Shown: positions 1 through 8,436, counted from the first letter of the stretch. The stretch is DNA of 28,126 bases from Candidatus Fraserbacteria bacterium (GCA_947085185.1 CAMTVK010000020.1:1-28126), one strand, 5' to 3'. Numbers and translations are program-made. The notes: generated from the sequence alone by a model not told the origin.

Positions 1-46
1 TAGGTCGCCAGGACTCCACCAGCTCGGCTATACTGGCTTGGGTCAT
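1..46 (-). CDS. 5' end of a gene running off the left edge (MTQASIAELVESWRP...), product unknown
   Basis: Minus-strand ATG at 44-46 with a strong Shine-Dalgarno (SD) AAAAGGAGGA at 51-60. The frame is open to the window edge. Confidence 0.6.
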   Translation of the reverse strand, partial: MTQASIAELVESWRP

Positions 47-149
47 CGGTTCCTCCTTTTGGTAACCAAGTTTATGAGGAATCGATGACCCTTTCGGTAA
101 CAGTTTCAATGAGTCAACTCGCGCTCTCGCCTGCCCCGACGTTTTGAGA

Positions 150-155
150 TATAAT
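150..155 (+). promoter_or_regulatory. -10 box TATAAT 6 nt upstream of ATG162 (probable leaderless promoter)
   Basis: TATAAT-taaact-ATG with no SD in between. Confidence 0.55.
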
Positions 156-161
156 TAAACT

Positions 162-752
162 ATGCGCAAACTCTTCACAGTCTTGTTGGTGGGCCTAGGC
201 TTTGTCTTAGGATGGTTGGCAAGCTCGTCCTCGAACACCGAGCACCAGAGAGCTCCAATACCCCAGGGCTATAGCGCCCCCAGCGCACCCATCACTGTCT
301 ATTTTGCGCCCTCCCCAGCGCCCCAGCAGGCCATACTCCAAGCTCTCAACACTGCTAAGAGCTTCGTGCACATCGCACTCTATCAGCTCACCGACCCTGA
401 GATCGCCCAAGAACTGATCAATATATCTAAGCGCGGCGTCGCACTCAAGCTCTTGCTCGACGATGAGCCCAGCAAGAGCAGCAAAGGCTGTCTCTTAAAA
501 GACGTCGGCATCCCCGTCAAACAATACGTGGACACGGGAATCATGCACCATAAATTTGCCGTCATCGATGGCGAAAAAGTCATCACGGGTTCGTACAATT
601 GGACGACCTCCGCCAAGACGCGCAACGAAGAGAATCTCTTGGTGATCGAGAGCTCAGAGCTCGCTCAGGCGTTCGCGCGCGAATTCTCTCAGCTCTGGGC
701 ACACCAGAAAGCGCGCCCGCTCACTCAAGCCGACTGCTCATCGCAAAAATAA
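162..752 (+). CDS. Phospholipase D-superfamily protein with one HKD motif (Nuc-like nuclease/PLDc_2), N-terminal signal or anchor
   Basis: HHKFAVID...ITGSYNWT...RNEEN matches the HxK(x4)D(x6)GSxN motif. Hydrophobic N-terminus and a Pro-rich linker. Confidence 0.9.
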   Translation: MRKLFTVLLVGLGFVLGWLASSSSNTEHQRAPIPQGYSAPSAPITVYFAPSPAPQQAILQALNTAKSFVHIALYQLTDPEIAQELINISKRGVALKLLLDDEPSKSSKGCLLKDVGIPVKQYVDTGIMHHKFAVIDGEKVITGSYNWTTSAKTRNEENLLVIESSELAQAFAREFSQLWAHQKARPLTQADCSSQK

Positions 753-1355
753 CAGCCAGATGAGAGCGATCAGCGCCGCGAGCACAAGCCCTACCGTCGC
801 GATCTCTGGGAGCTTGAACGACGTAGCTTTCATGGGCGTGAGCACGCCGCAGAGCACCCGCGCGCCGCTATTGCCCGCAGGATCGGTGATCTGATCGTCC
901 GGGCCGGCGTGAATGACCAGAGCGCTCCCGTCGGCATCGAAGAGCGATAGCTCCCCCGCAGTGAGCGTCACGCGATCGGTCACGTGCTCATAGATCGCCG
1001 AGCCGTCGTCATGAGCGGTCAGATTGGGGAGATCTCCGGCGTGCGGGCCTTCGGGGTTATTCAGCCCGTGCTTTTTGTTGGTGGGGTTGAAATGCGGCCC
1101 AGCGGAGAGAAAATCCGGAGGCTCGCACTTGCCCACAGAGTGCATGTGAATGCCGTGCTCACCTGGAGATAGGCCCTTCACTGTGACGCTGATCCGAACC
1201 CCTTGGGACTCTTGGGTGAAGATCGCCATGCCCAGGACCCGACCCTCAGCATTGCGCAGCGTCGCGACCGCGCGCTCCCCCACAGCCCAAACCGTCACGC
1301 TGCTCACTATCAGACCAAACACGATCAACGCAGCACTCACGAGCGATGTACGCAT
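738..1355 (-). CDS. sodC: Cu/Zn superoxide dismutase, exported, with a C-terminal TM tail
   Basis: Ligand motifs HGIHMH, AGPHFNP, HG, HAGDLPN, VIHAGPDD, GNSGAR and both Cys are present. Start moved to ATG1355 (MRTSLV) because of SD AGAAAGGAG; this also removes the overlap with pruA. Confidence 0.93.
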   Translation of the reverse strand: MRTSLVSAALIVFGLIVSSVTVWAVGERAVATLRNAEGRVLGMAIFTQESQGVRISVTVKGLSPGEHGIHMHSVGKCEPPDFLSAGPHFNPTNKKHGLNNPEGPHAGDLPNLTAHDDGSAIYEHVTDRVTLTAGELSLFDADGSALVIHAGPDDQITDPAGNSGARVLCGVLTPMKATSFKLPEIATVGLVLAALIALIWLLFLR

Positions 1356-1375
1356 AGTAGGCTCCTTTCTTTGCG

Positions 1376-3001
1376 TTACCCCATATAAGGCCGACGCCAA
1401 TCCCGCGGAGGCACGAGCGTCTCTTTTATAGTACGTGGGCTGAGCCATCGGATCACATTCACCCATGACCCGGCTTTATCGTTCGTTCCGGAGTGTCTTG
1501 CTCCGCCGAAGGGCTGTCGCCCTACGACCGCCCCCGTGGGCTTGTCATTGATATAGAAATTCCCGGCAGCGTAGCGCAGAACCCGTTCGGCAGTAACGAT
1601 CGCGTCCCGATCCTGCGCGAAGATCGAACCTGTCAGACCAAACTTCGTCGAGACATCACAGAGCTCAAGCGCCTTCTCAAACTCACCATCAGGGTAGACA
1701 TAAACAGTCAAGACCGGCCCGAAGATCTCTTCGGTCATGAGTCTGCTTTTGGGGTCTTGAGTGACGACCACGGTGGGCTGAATAAACCAGCCTCGGGAGT
1801 CGTCGTACTCCCCACCGGAGACAATCTCGTAAGTCTTTGGATCTTTCTTGGCTTCTTCAATGTACGAGACGATCTTATCGAAAGCGTCTTTGGTGATGAT
1901 CGCGCCCATGAAGACCGAGAGATCTTCGACCGGGCCGACTTTGATCTTGGGCAGCTCTTCTGTGAAGCGCCTCTTCATGGCCGGCCACAAGCTCTGTGGC
2001 ACGTACATTCTGGAAGCTGCCGAGCACTTCTGCCCTTGATACTCGAACGCGCCCCGGATCGCATTCGCGGCGACGACATCAAGATCGGCAGACGGATGCA
2101 CGACGATGAAATCTTTGCCGCCGGTCTCGCCCACGATCCTGGGAAAGTTCTTATAGGTGGGGAGATGCTTTCCGATCTCACCCCACAGATAGACAAGTGT
2201 CTCGTAGCTGCCGGTGAAGTGCAGCCCAGCAAAATCGGGGTGCTGGAGCACGACGTCGCTATATTGGCTGGCGAAGGGGACAAAGTTAATGACGCCCTTG
2301 GGCAGGCCCGCCTCCATCAAGATCTGCATAATTCTGTAGTTGGACAGGAGCACCGAGCGGGCGGGCTTCCAGAGGGCGACGTTGCCCACGAGCGCTGGGG
2401 CTGTGGGGAGATTCCCTCCAATAGAGTAGAAATTAAACGGCGGCACAGCTAAGATAAAGCCCTCCAACGGTCGCCAGTCGAAGCGATTGATCTCCCCGGA
2501 GATTTGATCGGGCTGCTGCTCGTAGAGAAACTGCATATAGTACGCATTGAATCGCCAGAAGTCTACAAGCTCTGCTAAGTCAATCTCGGCTTCAAAGGGC
2601 GTCTTGGACTGATTGAGCATAATAGCAGCGATATTTTGAATTCGTCGCGGCCCGGCGAGCAGATCTGCCGCCCGCATGAAGATCGCAGCTCGGTCGTAGC
2701 CGTCCATGGCTGACCACGTCTTGTGGGCTTCCAAGGCTGCGTCAATGGCGCGGCGCAGCTCTGCTGCTCCTGCCAGGTGCGCGCGTGCTAAGATCTTCTT
2801 ATGATCGTGCGGGCAGGGGACCTCGACCGCCTGTCCCGTCCTTACGGGCTCTCCGTTAATGATCAACGGGATCTCTTCGGTGGTGCGTTTGAGGGCTTCA
2901 ATCTCTTTGAGGAGCTGGTCGCGCTCCGGGGTGCCGAGGGCGTAGGTGGGGATCTTGTTCACATCGTTTTGGGGCTTCTCCAAGCGCCAGTGCTTGCTCA
3001 T
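1376..3001 (-). CDS. pruA: Delta-1-pyrroline-5-carboxylate (L-glutamate gamma-semialdehyde) dehydrogenase
   Basis: ALDH motifs PFNF, HFTGS, ETGGKDF, AFEYQGQKCSAASR, EEIFGPV and the P5CDH-specific NFYINDKPTGAVVGRQPFGG..SGTNDKAG. Start ATG3001 with SD AAGGAGG. Confidence 0.95.
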   Translation of the reverse strand: MSKHWRLEKPQNDVNKIPTYALGTPERDQLLKEIEALKRTTEEIPLIINGEPVRTGQAVEVPCPHDHKKILARAHLAGAAELRRAIDAALEAHKTWSAMDGYDRAAIFMRAADLLAGPRRIQNIAAIMLNQSKTPFEAEIDLAELVDFWRFNAYYMQFLYEQQPDQISGEINRFDWRPLEGFILAVPPFNFYSIGGNLPTAPALVGNVALWKPARSVLLSNYRIMQILMEAGLPKGVINFVPFASQYSDVVLQHPDFAGLHFTGSYETLVYLWGEIGKHLPTYKNFPRIVGETGGKDFIVVHPSADLDVVAANAIRGAFEYQGQKCSAASRMYVPQSLWPAMKRRFTEELPKIKVGPVEDLSVFMGAIITKDAFDKIVSYIEEAKKDPKTYEIVSGGEYDDSRGWFIQPTVVVTQDPKSRLMTEEIFGPVLTVYVYPDGEFEKALELCDVSTKFGLTGSIFAQDRDAIVTAERVLRYAAGNFYINDKPTGAVVGRQPFGGARHSGTNDKAGSWVNVIRWLSPRTIKETLVPPRDWRRPYMG

Positions 3002-3155
3002 AGCGATTACCTCCTTTGGACAGTACCTCTTCACGTTACCGAGTCTTTGGGGAGGGTGCAACTTATTTCAGTTAATCTTGGTTAGCAGACATCAAAGACG
3101 CCGAGGGCAAAACGCAAAAACCCAGAAAGAATGAGCGTTTTTTCGATGTCTTCTC

Positions 3156-3182
3156 ATTATACGTCCTCAGTTGGCTTTGAGG
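3156..3182 (-). promoter_or_regulatory. Putative pruA promoter: -10 TATAAT (3156-3161) with inverted repeat CCTCA-N8-TGAGG over the spacer/-35 region
   Basis: Perfect -10, poor -35 and a palindrome at 3165-3182 (possible regulator site). Confidence 0.4.
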
Positions 3183-3276
3183 GATGCCATACCCCCCCAA
3201 AAACGACCCCCTATCTCCCAAAGACAACAAAGGCCCTCTCAGGCGGATGAGCACAGAAGATCGTTTCTGATGCTTC

Positions 3277-5208
3277 TTATGGACAATAAAATAAGAATTT
3301 GCACGGTTTCTTCTCTGGTTTGGGCTCTTCGGGCTTTTCGGGAGTTGGCTCTTCGGGCTTCTTCTTAATTTTGATTTCCAGAGCCTTCTCGCCGTAGACT
3401 ATCGTCTCGTCGAGGGTCTGAGTGCGCTTGAACTTCGCGTCGGGCTCTGAATCTTGTGTATCTTCAGAGAGGTTCAAGAGCTTCACGGTCAGACTGTTGT
3501 TGCTTGGAATCTTCTGCAAGAAGCCGATCAAGTCGTCAAGCGAGTCGAACTCCGGCGTCTCATCCCGATCGCTGCGCCGCGGCCCACCAAATGCCAAGAG
3601 CGTCACGCTCGAACGATCGAGTTCCTCGGGAAGCTGCAGCTTCCCTGCGATAGTCTGTTCTTTTCCACGATATTCTTGTAAGATCACCGTGTAAGAGACG
3701 GTCTCACCGGGCTGATAGGCTTCTTTGTCGGTCTTGATGGATTTCACGCGCAGGGCCTTCACTGCTTGTTGGGTCTCCATCTCAATATTGAGCCTTCTGA
3801 AGCCCACATCGCGGAACTCGTTGCGCGCCAACGTAAAGAGCGTCTGCGCGATCCGCAACGGCCCTGTGACGGCAATGTCGCTTAAGCTTGCAAAGACATC
3901 GGTGCGGGTCAGGGGCTCCTGAAGCTCATCGGCTGTGAGAGTGTAGCGAACGATCATCGTGCCTGGGCCAATTCTGTTGAGCGTGCGATCCACAGCGTCT
4001 AGGACCCCTATCAAGAGCAAAATCGGCATCAGGCTCTCATAGTACGCGATCCGGAACTGCACTCTCTGTGTGATCCCTAGGTCTCGATCTGTGACCGTCA
4101 GAGAGACTTCTAGCGACCGAGGCTCAAGCTCGGTAACTCCTCCTACTCCTTGCCAACGATCTTCAAAGATCGCGCCCAGGGTCTCCCCCGGCACTCCCAG
4201 CTTAAACGGCATCTCCAGCGATTCGACTGTGTCTAAAATATACGCTCCAGTCAAGAAAAATTCCGTCTCACCCGCGGGGAAGAGCCAGTGCCCAAACCCC
4301 AGCACAATCTGATCTTCTACATATGAGACCGTCCCGAACGCCCCGATGGTCACATCGCCGTCGGTGAGCATCACGCCCAGGGGGCCACCCTCTTGAAGCC
4401 CAAGGGACTCGCTCGTGTATGAAGCAGCGTGCGCAGCAGTGCCGGAGAGCCCTGTCGGCTGCACCCGAATGCTATAGCGCTCCTCCAGCCCTTGCGAGAG
4501 CTCCTGAAGAAAATCTTCTTGGGCAACAGGCAGGAGCGCCTGGCGCATCCCCGCTGAGCGCATCAGGTGCTCGCTCAAGCCCTCTTGGAGAATAGCGAGC
4601 GCTCGGCCCTCCACGCCCGACACAAGCAGCGGCGTCGCCACCGCCTGAATGAAGATTCTCTCAGGATGCGCTTGTTGCTCAGCGAGCGAGGGCATCTGTG
4701 AGACGACCTCGATCCGCTTGAGCGCTCCGTCTATCTTCACCGAGCCGATGACGCCAGATGGGACTGGGAGTGCTTGGCTTAGCCGACTCTGTTCTCTCTC
4801 TCTCAAGGGCTCGATGAGCGCCAGCATCGTTTCGATAGGGCGCACGAGCGCGATGGGCTCAGCTCCCACTTGGAACCCCCATGAGCCCCACAGCGCTCCT
4901 GCTAATTTGTTCTGAATATAGATAGGGCTGCCGCTCATCCCCGCGGCGACCCCGCCCGCCTGACGGATCGTCGGCCCGCTCACCCGCACAACAATGTGAT
5001 CGTCCAGAACACCCGGATTATCAATGACATCGACGACCTTGACGGTGAACGTTTGAATCTCTGTACCCTTGACGACCGTCTTGCCGATGCCCTCCATGCC
5101 GGGCTGGATCTCACGGAACGGAAGAATTCGGCTCCGAGAGTCAGCACGAGGCGCTCCCACCCCAACGACCATCACGAGTCCTAAGACGACGACAGCCAGT
5201 GCTCTCAT
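3277..5208 (-). CDS. SpoIVB peptidase S55 domain-containing exported protein
   Basis: GGVAAGMSGSPIY catalytic-Ser motif, GTVSYV...LGFGH and a signal peptide. Start ATG5208 with SD GGAGG. Confidence 0.85.
   Translation of the reverse strand: MRALAVVVLGLVMVVGVGAPRADSRSRILPFREIQPGMEGIGKTVVKGTEIQTFTVKVVDVIDNPGVLDDHIVVRVSGPTIRQAGGVAAGMSGSPIYIQNKLAGALWGSWGFQVGAEPIALVRPIETMLALIEPLREREQSRLSQALPVPSGVIGSVKIDGALKRIEVVSQMPSLAEQQAHPERIFIQAVATPLLVSGVEGRALAILQEGLSEHLMRSAGMRQALLPVAQEDFLQELSQGLEERYSIRVQPTGLSGTAAHAASYTSESLGLQEGGPLGVMLTDGDVTIGAFGTVSYVEDQIVLGFGHWLFPAGETEFFLTGAYILDTVESLEMPFKLGVPGETLGAIFEDRWQGVGGVTELEPRSLEVSLTVTDRDLGITQRVQFRIAYYESLMPILLLIGVLDAVDRTLNRIGPGTMIVRYTLTADELQEPLTRTDVFASLSDIAVTGPLRIAQTLFTLARNEFRDVGFRRLNIEMETQQAVKALRVKSIKTDKEAYQPGETVSYTVILQEYRGKEQTIAGKLQLPEELDRSSVTLLAFGGPRRSDRDETPEFDSLDDLIGFLQKIPSNNSLTVKLLNLSEDTQDSEPDAKFKRTQTLDETIVYGEKALEIKIKKKPEEPTPEKPEEPKPEKKPCKFLFYCP
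3313..3364 (-). repeat. Short coding repeat KPEEP(T/K)PEK x2 in the S55 peptidase tail
   Basis: ggctcttcgggctt occurs twice; the protein reads KKPEEPTPEKPEEPKPEKK. Confidence 0.7.
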
Positions 5209-5233
5209 ACCAGACCCTCCTCGAAGAGAATTT

Positions 5234-6361
5234 CTAAAGACAGGCCAAACGCACGATCTGCGCAGCTCCCTCTTCCATCTCACCTACCGGTGTGATCCCG
5301 TGCTCTTCTAGGATCTTTCGTCCCTCCGTCTCGTTGGTGCCGGTGAGGCGCACGACCAGGGGCACATGAATCCCCAGCTCTTGCTGGGTCTGGACCAAGC
5401 CGCGCGCGACCTCATCACAGCGGGTGATCCCCCCAAAGATATTAATAAAGACCCCGCGCACCTGCGGGTCCGCCAGCACTATCTGGAGGGCTTTTTTCAT
5501 GAGCTCGGCGTTGGCCCCACCGCCAATATCTAAAAAATTCGCAGGGCGCCCGCCATAGAGCGCTACAAGATCGAGGGTTGCCATGACTAACCCTGCCCCA
5601 TTGCCGATGATCCCGATCGTGCCGTCGAGCTTCACATATTGCAGTCCGGCGCTCTTAGCCGTGCGCTCCTGCGGACTTTGCGAGAGCTCTTCTTCCTCCC
5701 ACCCCGCAAGCTCCGCAGGTACATCATCGTCATCAATGATGAACTTCGAGTCTATCGCGATCAGCTGTCCGTTCGTGAGCGCCAGGGGGTTGATCTCCAC
5801 CAAGCTCGCCCGGTACTGAGTGAACGCGTGAGAGAGCTTCAAGAAGATCTCGCTGAAGGGCTTTATGAGATTTGGCTCTATCGCTGCTTGATAGAGAGCT
5901 TTACGGATCTGATACGGCTGCAGCCCGAGGAGCGGGTCTATAGGAAATTTTGTGATCTTTTCTGGATGGGTTCGCGCGAGCTCTTCGATCTCCATGCCGC
6001 CTTCAGCACAGAAGATCGCGATGGGCTTCTTCGCGGCGCGGTCGATCGTGATCGCCAGATAAAATTCTCTCTCGATCTCGACGGCGCGGGTGACTAAGAC
6101 TTTTCTCACGCGCTCGCCTTTGATAGTCATCTGTAAAATATCTTCAGCGTGGGCGCGTGCTTCGTGTGGGGTTTGGGCGAGCTTGATGCCACCGGCCTTG
6201 CCGCGCCCGCCCACTAAGACTTGCGCTTTCACGACGACGGGGCAACCTAGCTCGTGTGCGATTTCCTCTGCTTCTGCCGCCGAGAACGCTACCTTGCCGT
6301 CAGCAACGGGAATCCCGACCCGCCTGAACAACTCTTTCCCTTGATATTCTTGGAGTCTCAT
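5234..6361 (-). CDS. sucC: Succinyl-CoA synthetase beta subunit (ATP-grasp)
   Basis: MRLQEYQGKELF, VVVKAQVLVGGRGKAGGIK, EINPL, GNGAGLVMATLD, PANFLDIGGGA, NIFGGITRCD, RLTGTN. Confidence 0.95.
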   Translation of the reverse strand: MRLQEYQGKELFRRVGIPVADGKVAFSAAEAEEIAHELGCPVVVKAQVLVGGRGKAGGIKLAQTPHEARAHAEDILQMTIKGERVRKVLVTRAVEIEREFYLAITIDRAAKKPIAIFCAEGGMEIEELARTHPEKITKFPIDPLLGLQPYQIRKALYQAAIEPNLIKPFSEIFLKLSHAFTQYRASLVEINPLALTNGQLIAIDSKFIIDDDDVPAELAGWEEEELSQSPQERTAKSAGLQYVKLDGTIGIIGNGAGLVMATLDLVALYGGRPANFLDIGGGANAELMKKALQIVLADPQVRGVFINIFGGITRCDEVARGLVQTQQELGIHVPLVVRLTGTNETEGRKILEEHGITPVGEMEEGAAQIVRLACL

Positions 6362-6364
6362 AGA

Positions 6365-6493
6365 TTATTTCTTTAAGAGTTTCAGCTCCTCGCGGAGGGC
6401 GCGCCAGGCTTGACCCAAAGCGCGACCGGCCTGGGGCAACCGCGTCGCCCCAAAGATCAACAGCACCAGCGCGATGATCAACACCCACTTCAT
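6365..6493 (-). CDS. tatA: Second, minimal TatA/E-family protein, 42 aa (MKWVLIIALVLLIFGATRLPQAGRALGQAWRALREELKLLKK); not in the ORF track
   Basis: Hand translation from ATG6493 to TAA6365. TM segment, FG hinge, LP and an amphipathic helix GRALG. It fills the tatA-sucC gap almost exactly. Confidence 0.8.
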   Translation of the reverse strand: MKWVLIIALVLLIFGATRLPQAGRALGQAWRALREELKLLKK

Positions 6494-6498
6494 AGATA

Positions 6499-6726
6499 TT
6501 AAGACTTCGCAGTCGGCTGCTCCGTAGGCTCTTTCTTCTCTGCAGGGGCTGGGGGACCGGGCTCAGCAGCTTGTTCGAGCTCTCGCTTGATACCCTCGGC
6601 TTCTTCCTTGAAGTTGCGAAGAGCTTTCCCCAAGCCACGCGCCAGCTCCGGGAGCTTCGATCCCCCAAAGAGCAGCAAGACCACCAGGAAGATGATGAGC
6701 AGCTCTGGAGCACCTAATCCGAACAT
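6499..6726 (-). CDS. tatA: Twin-arginine translocase subunit TatA
   Basis: MFGLGAPELLIIFLVVLLLFGGSKLPELARGLGKALRNFK; SD GGAGGTG before ATG6726. Confidence 0.95.
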   Translation of the reverse strand: MFGLGAPELLIIFLVVLLLFGGSKLPELARGLGKALRNFKEEAEGIKRELEQAAEPGPPAPAEKKEPTEQPTAKS

Positions 6727-6748
6727 ACGAGCACCTCCGTGCTGCTCC

Positions 6749-6777
6749 ACTCTAGCAAAAAGTGAGCGACAAGTCAA
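6749..6777 (-). promoter_or_regulatory. Sigma70-type promoter for tatA-tatA2-sucC-peptidase
   Basis: TTGACT-17 nt-TAGAGT with an extended -10 TG. Confidence 0.65.
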
Positions 6778-7541
6778 AGCTTCCGTCGCAGTTCCCAGGC
6801 GATCCGCAGCCCTTTTAACGTCAGATGGGGGTCATAAACTGAGATCTCTTTGATGTGCTGAGCAAAGAACTCTCCCCGCCCACCCGTAGCGATGACTTTT
6901 AAGTCTTTATCGTATTCTGCGCGGAAGCGCCGAATCAGCCCGGAGACTAAGTCTAAAAAACCCAATACACACCCGGCTCGAATATTCTCGTCGGTCGTCT
7001 TGCCGATGACACTTTCGGGGCAGCGCAGCTCGACTTCATAGAGCTGGGCCGCTCGCTGTGCCAGCGCCAAAGCCGCCAGCTCCATCTGTGGAGCAATGGC
7101 CCCGCCAAGAAATCGTCCGTCACAAGATATGAGATTGAACGTCGTGGCCGTGCCGAAGTTCACAGTGAGCGCTGGGCCGCCATAGAGAGAGAACGCTGCG
7201 ATAGCATCGGCAATACGATCTGTACCGACCTTTGATGGTTCTTCGACGTCGAGCTGGATCACTCCCCACTGATAGCTCAAAAACTCGGGCTCGACTGAGA
7301 AATGTCGCTGGAACGCGCGCGCCAACGCAGCGTTGAGATGAGGTACCACCGAGCTGATGATAACATACTGGGGCTTGGGCCAGTCAGAAAGCAGCGTCCT
7401 CAGAGAAAGCCCCAATTCATCAGCAGTTCTTTCACGGTTGGACGCAAGCTGAAAATCTGTCAAGAGCTTTTTGCCGGAAAACAGCCCAAGCTTGGTCACC
7501 GTATTGCCCACATCAAGGGCCAAGAGTACCGGTTGCGCCAT
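6774..7541 (-). CDS. coaX: Type III pantothenate kinase
   Basis: LALDVGNT, ISSVVP, VGTDR, NFGTATT, FLGGAIAP, IATGG, LTLKGL. Confidence 0.95.
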   Translation of the reverse strand: MAQPVLLALDVGNTVTKLGLFSGKKLLTDFQLASNRERTADELGLSLRTLLSDWPKPQYVIISSVVPHLNAALARAFQRHFSVEPEFLSYQWGVIQLDVEEPSKVGTDRIADAIAAFSLYGGPALTVNFGTATTFNLISCDGRFLGGAIAPQMELAALALAQRAAQLYEVELRCPESVIGKTTDENIRAGCVLGFLDLVSGLIRRFRAEYDKDLKVIATGGRGEFFAQHIKEISVYDPHLTLKGLRIAWELRRKL

Positions 7542-7549
7542 GGTCTTTC

Positions 7550-7578
7550 ATAATACTCTGCGAGGGTTCCAGAGTCAA
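7550..7578 (-). promoter_or_regulatory. Sigma70-type promoter for coaX (near-leaderless)
   Basis: TTGACT-17 nt-TATTAT, then 8 nt to the ATG, with no SD. Confidence 0.65.
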
Positions 7579-8345
7579 CGGAGTCGGTTCCACTGGGGCG
7601 TCGCGTACTTTTCGGCCGTCAGCCTGTGAGCCAGCTCCTGTTCAAGGGGCGCAAGATCGCGACAGATCAGATCGATCCCAAAAAATTCTTGGAAGCCCTC
7701 TATCAGAGCGCGCTTCAGTTCTTCTATGGAAGGCTCTCGGCCAAGCGCCTCACTCACGCTTGTGGCCGTGCGGCGCAGCACGAACGCAGGAAGCTTCATA
7801 AGAGCTTCGAGGGCTTCAACGTCTAGGGTGATGGGGATCGAGCCGTGTTGCAAGAGCGATCTTTTCGTGCGCATCTGGGCGCTGCCGATGATTTTCTTTC
7901 CCTGCACGGTGAGCTCCACAGACGCTGGGGCGGCAAAGCACGCTGCCGCATCTTTGAGGAGACGAGGGCGTGGGATGAGCTCCGCGCGTATCCCAAGCTT
8001 GTGCAGCCCACGCGCCAACGCCAAACTGATCTTCTCATGCGACCGACTGACGCTCTCGCCGAAGATCTCTAGAGGTCCAACGACGCTGTACGTCAGTTCG
8101 CGGTCGTGCAAGACGGCCCGCCCGCCCGTGGGCCGTCTGATCCAGGCAAAACCCCGACGCGCACATTCTTCAAGATCGACATCGTGCACGCTCTGAAAGT
8201 ACCCCAGCGAGAGCGTTGGGCGGGTCCACTGATAGAAGCGCAGCGTGATATGGGGCTTCTCATCGCACAAGAGCAACAGAGCTTCATCTGTAGCCATGTT
8301 TATGGCGGCGTTTTGCGTCCCGCTCTCGAGCAAGCGCCAGCGCAT
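7575..8345 (-). CDS. lipM: Lipoate-protein ligase/octanoyltransferase (LplA/LipM family, catalytic domain only)
   Basis: NMATDEALL, TLRFYQW, SLGYFQ, RRPTGGRAVLHD, ACF, KIIGSAQ, LLQHGS. Start ATG8345 (MRWRLL) is preferred. Confidence 0.85.
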   Translation of the reverse strand: MRWRLLESGTQNAAINMATDEALLLLCDEKPHITLRFYQWTRPTLSLGYFQSVHDVDLEECARRGFAWIRRPTGGRAVLHDRELTYSVVGPLEIFGESVSRSHEKISLALARGLHKLGIRAELIPRPRLLKDAAACFAAPASVELTVQGKKIIGSAQMRTKRSLLQHGSIPITLDVEALEALMKLPAFVLRRTATSVSEALGREPSIEELKRALIEGFQEFFGIDLICRDLAPLEQELAHRLTAEKYATPQWNRLR

Positions 8346-8352
8346 AATGAAC

Positions 8353-8382
8353 ACTTTAGCGAAAGACATAACAGAGCTGCAA
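8353..8382 (-). promoter_or_regulatory. Putative leaderless promoter for the lipoate ligase gene
   Basis: TTGCAG-18 nt-TAAAGT, then 7 nt to ATG8345. Confidence 0.45.
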
Positions 8383-8406
8383 GTCGATCCCTTATCCAGG
8401 AAGGTC

Positions 8407-8436
8407 TTGACTTGTGTAAAAAAAAAAGTATAAATT
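8407..8436 (+). promoter_or_regulatory. Sigma70-type promoter with an A10 homopolymer in the spacer
   Basis: TTGACT (8407-8412), A10 at 8418-8427, TATAAA at 16-nt or TAAATT at 18-nt spacing. SD-like GAAGGTGAG before ATG8456. Confidence 0.6.

Noticed and set aside
61..101. Two GGTAAC hexamers upstream of the left-edge gene
   Set aside because: Too short, with no clear spacing logic, and the gene identity is unknown.
162..752. PLD nuclease as an anti-phage defence component
   Set aside because: It has an export signal or anchor and no neighbouring helicase, methylase or other defence genes.
1493..2452. Long antisense ORFs (also 12848-13543, 16498-17295, 20115-20909, 27060-27899)
   Set aside because: Shadow frames of well-supported genes in GC-rich DNA, with no motifs.
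3055..3062. GTTGCACC upstream of pruA, like a PutA operator core
   Set aside because: A single short match, and no PutA DNA-binding domain is encoded in the window.
3250..3274. Hairpin after the S55 peptidase stop as an intrinsic terminator
   Set aside because: Imperfect stem with no U-tract.
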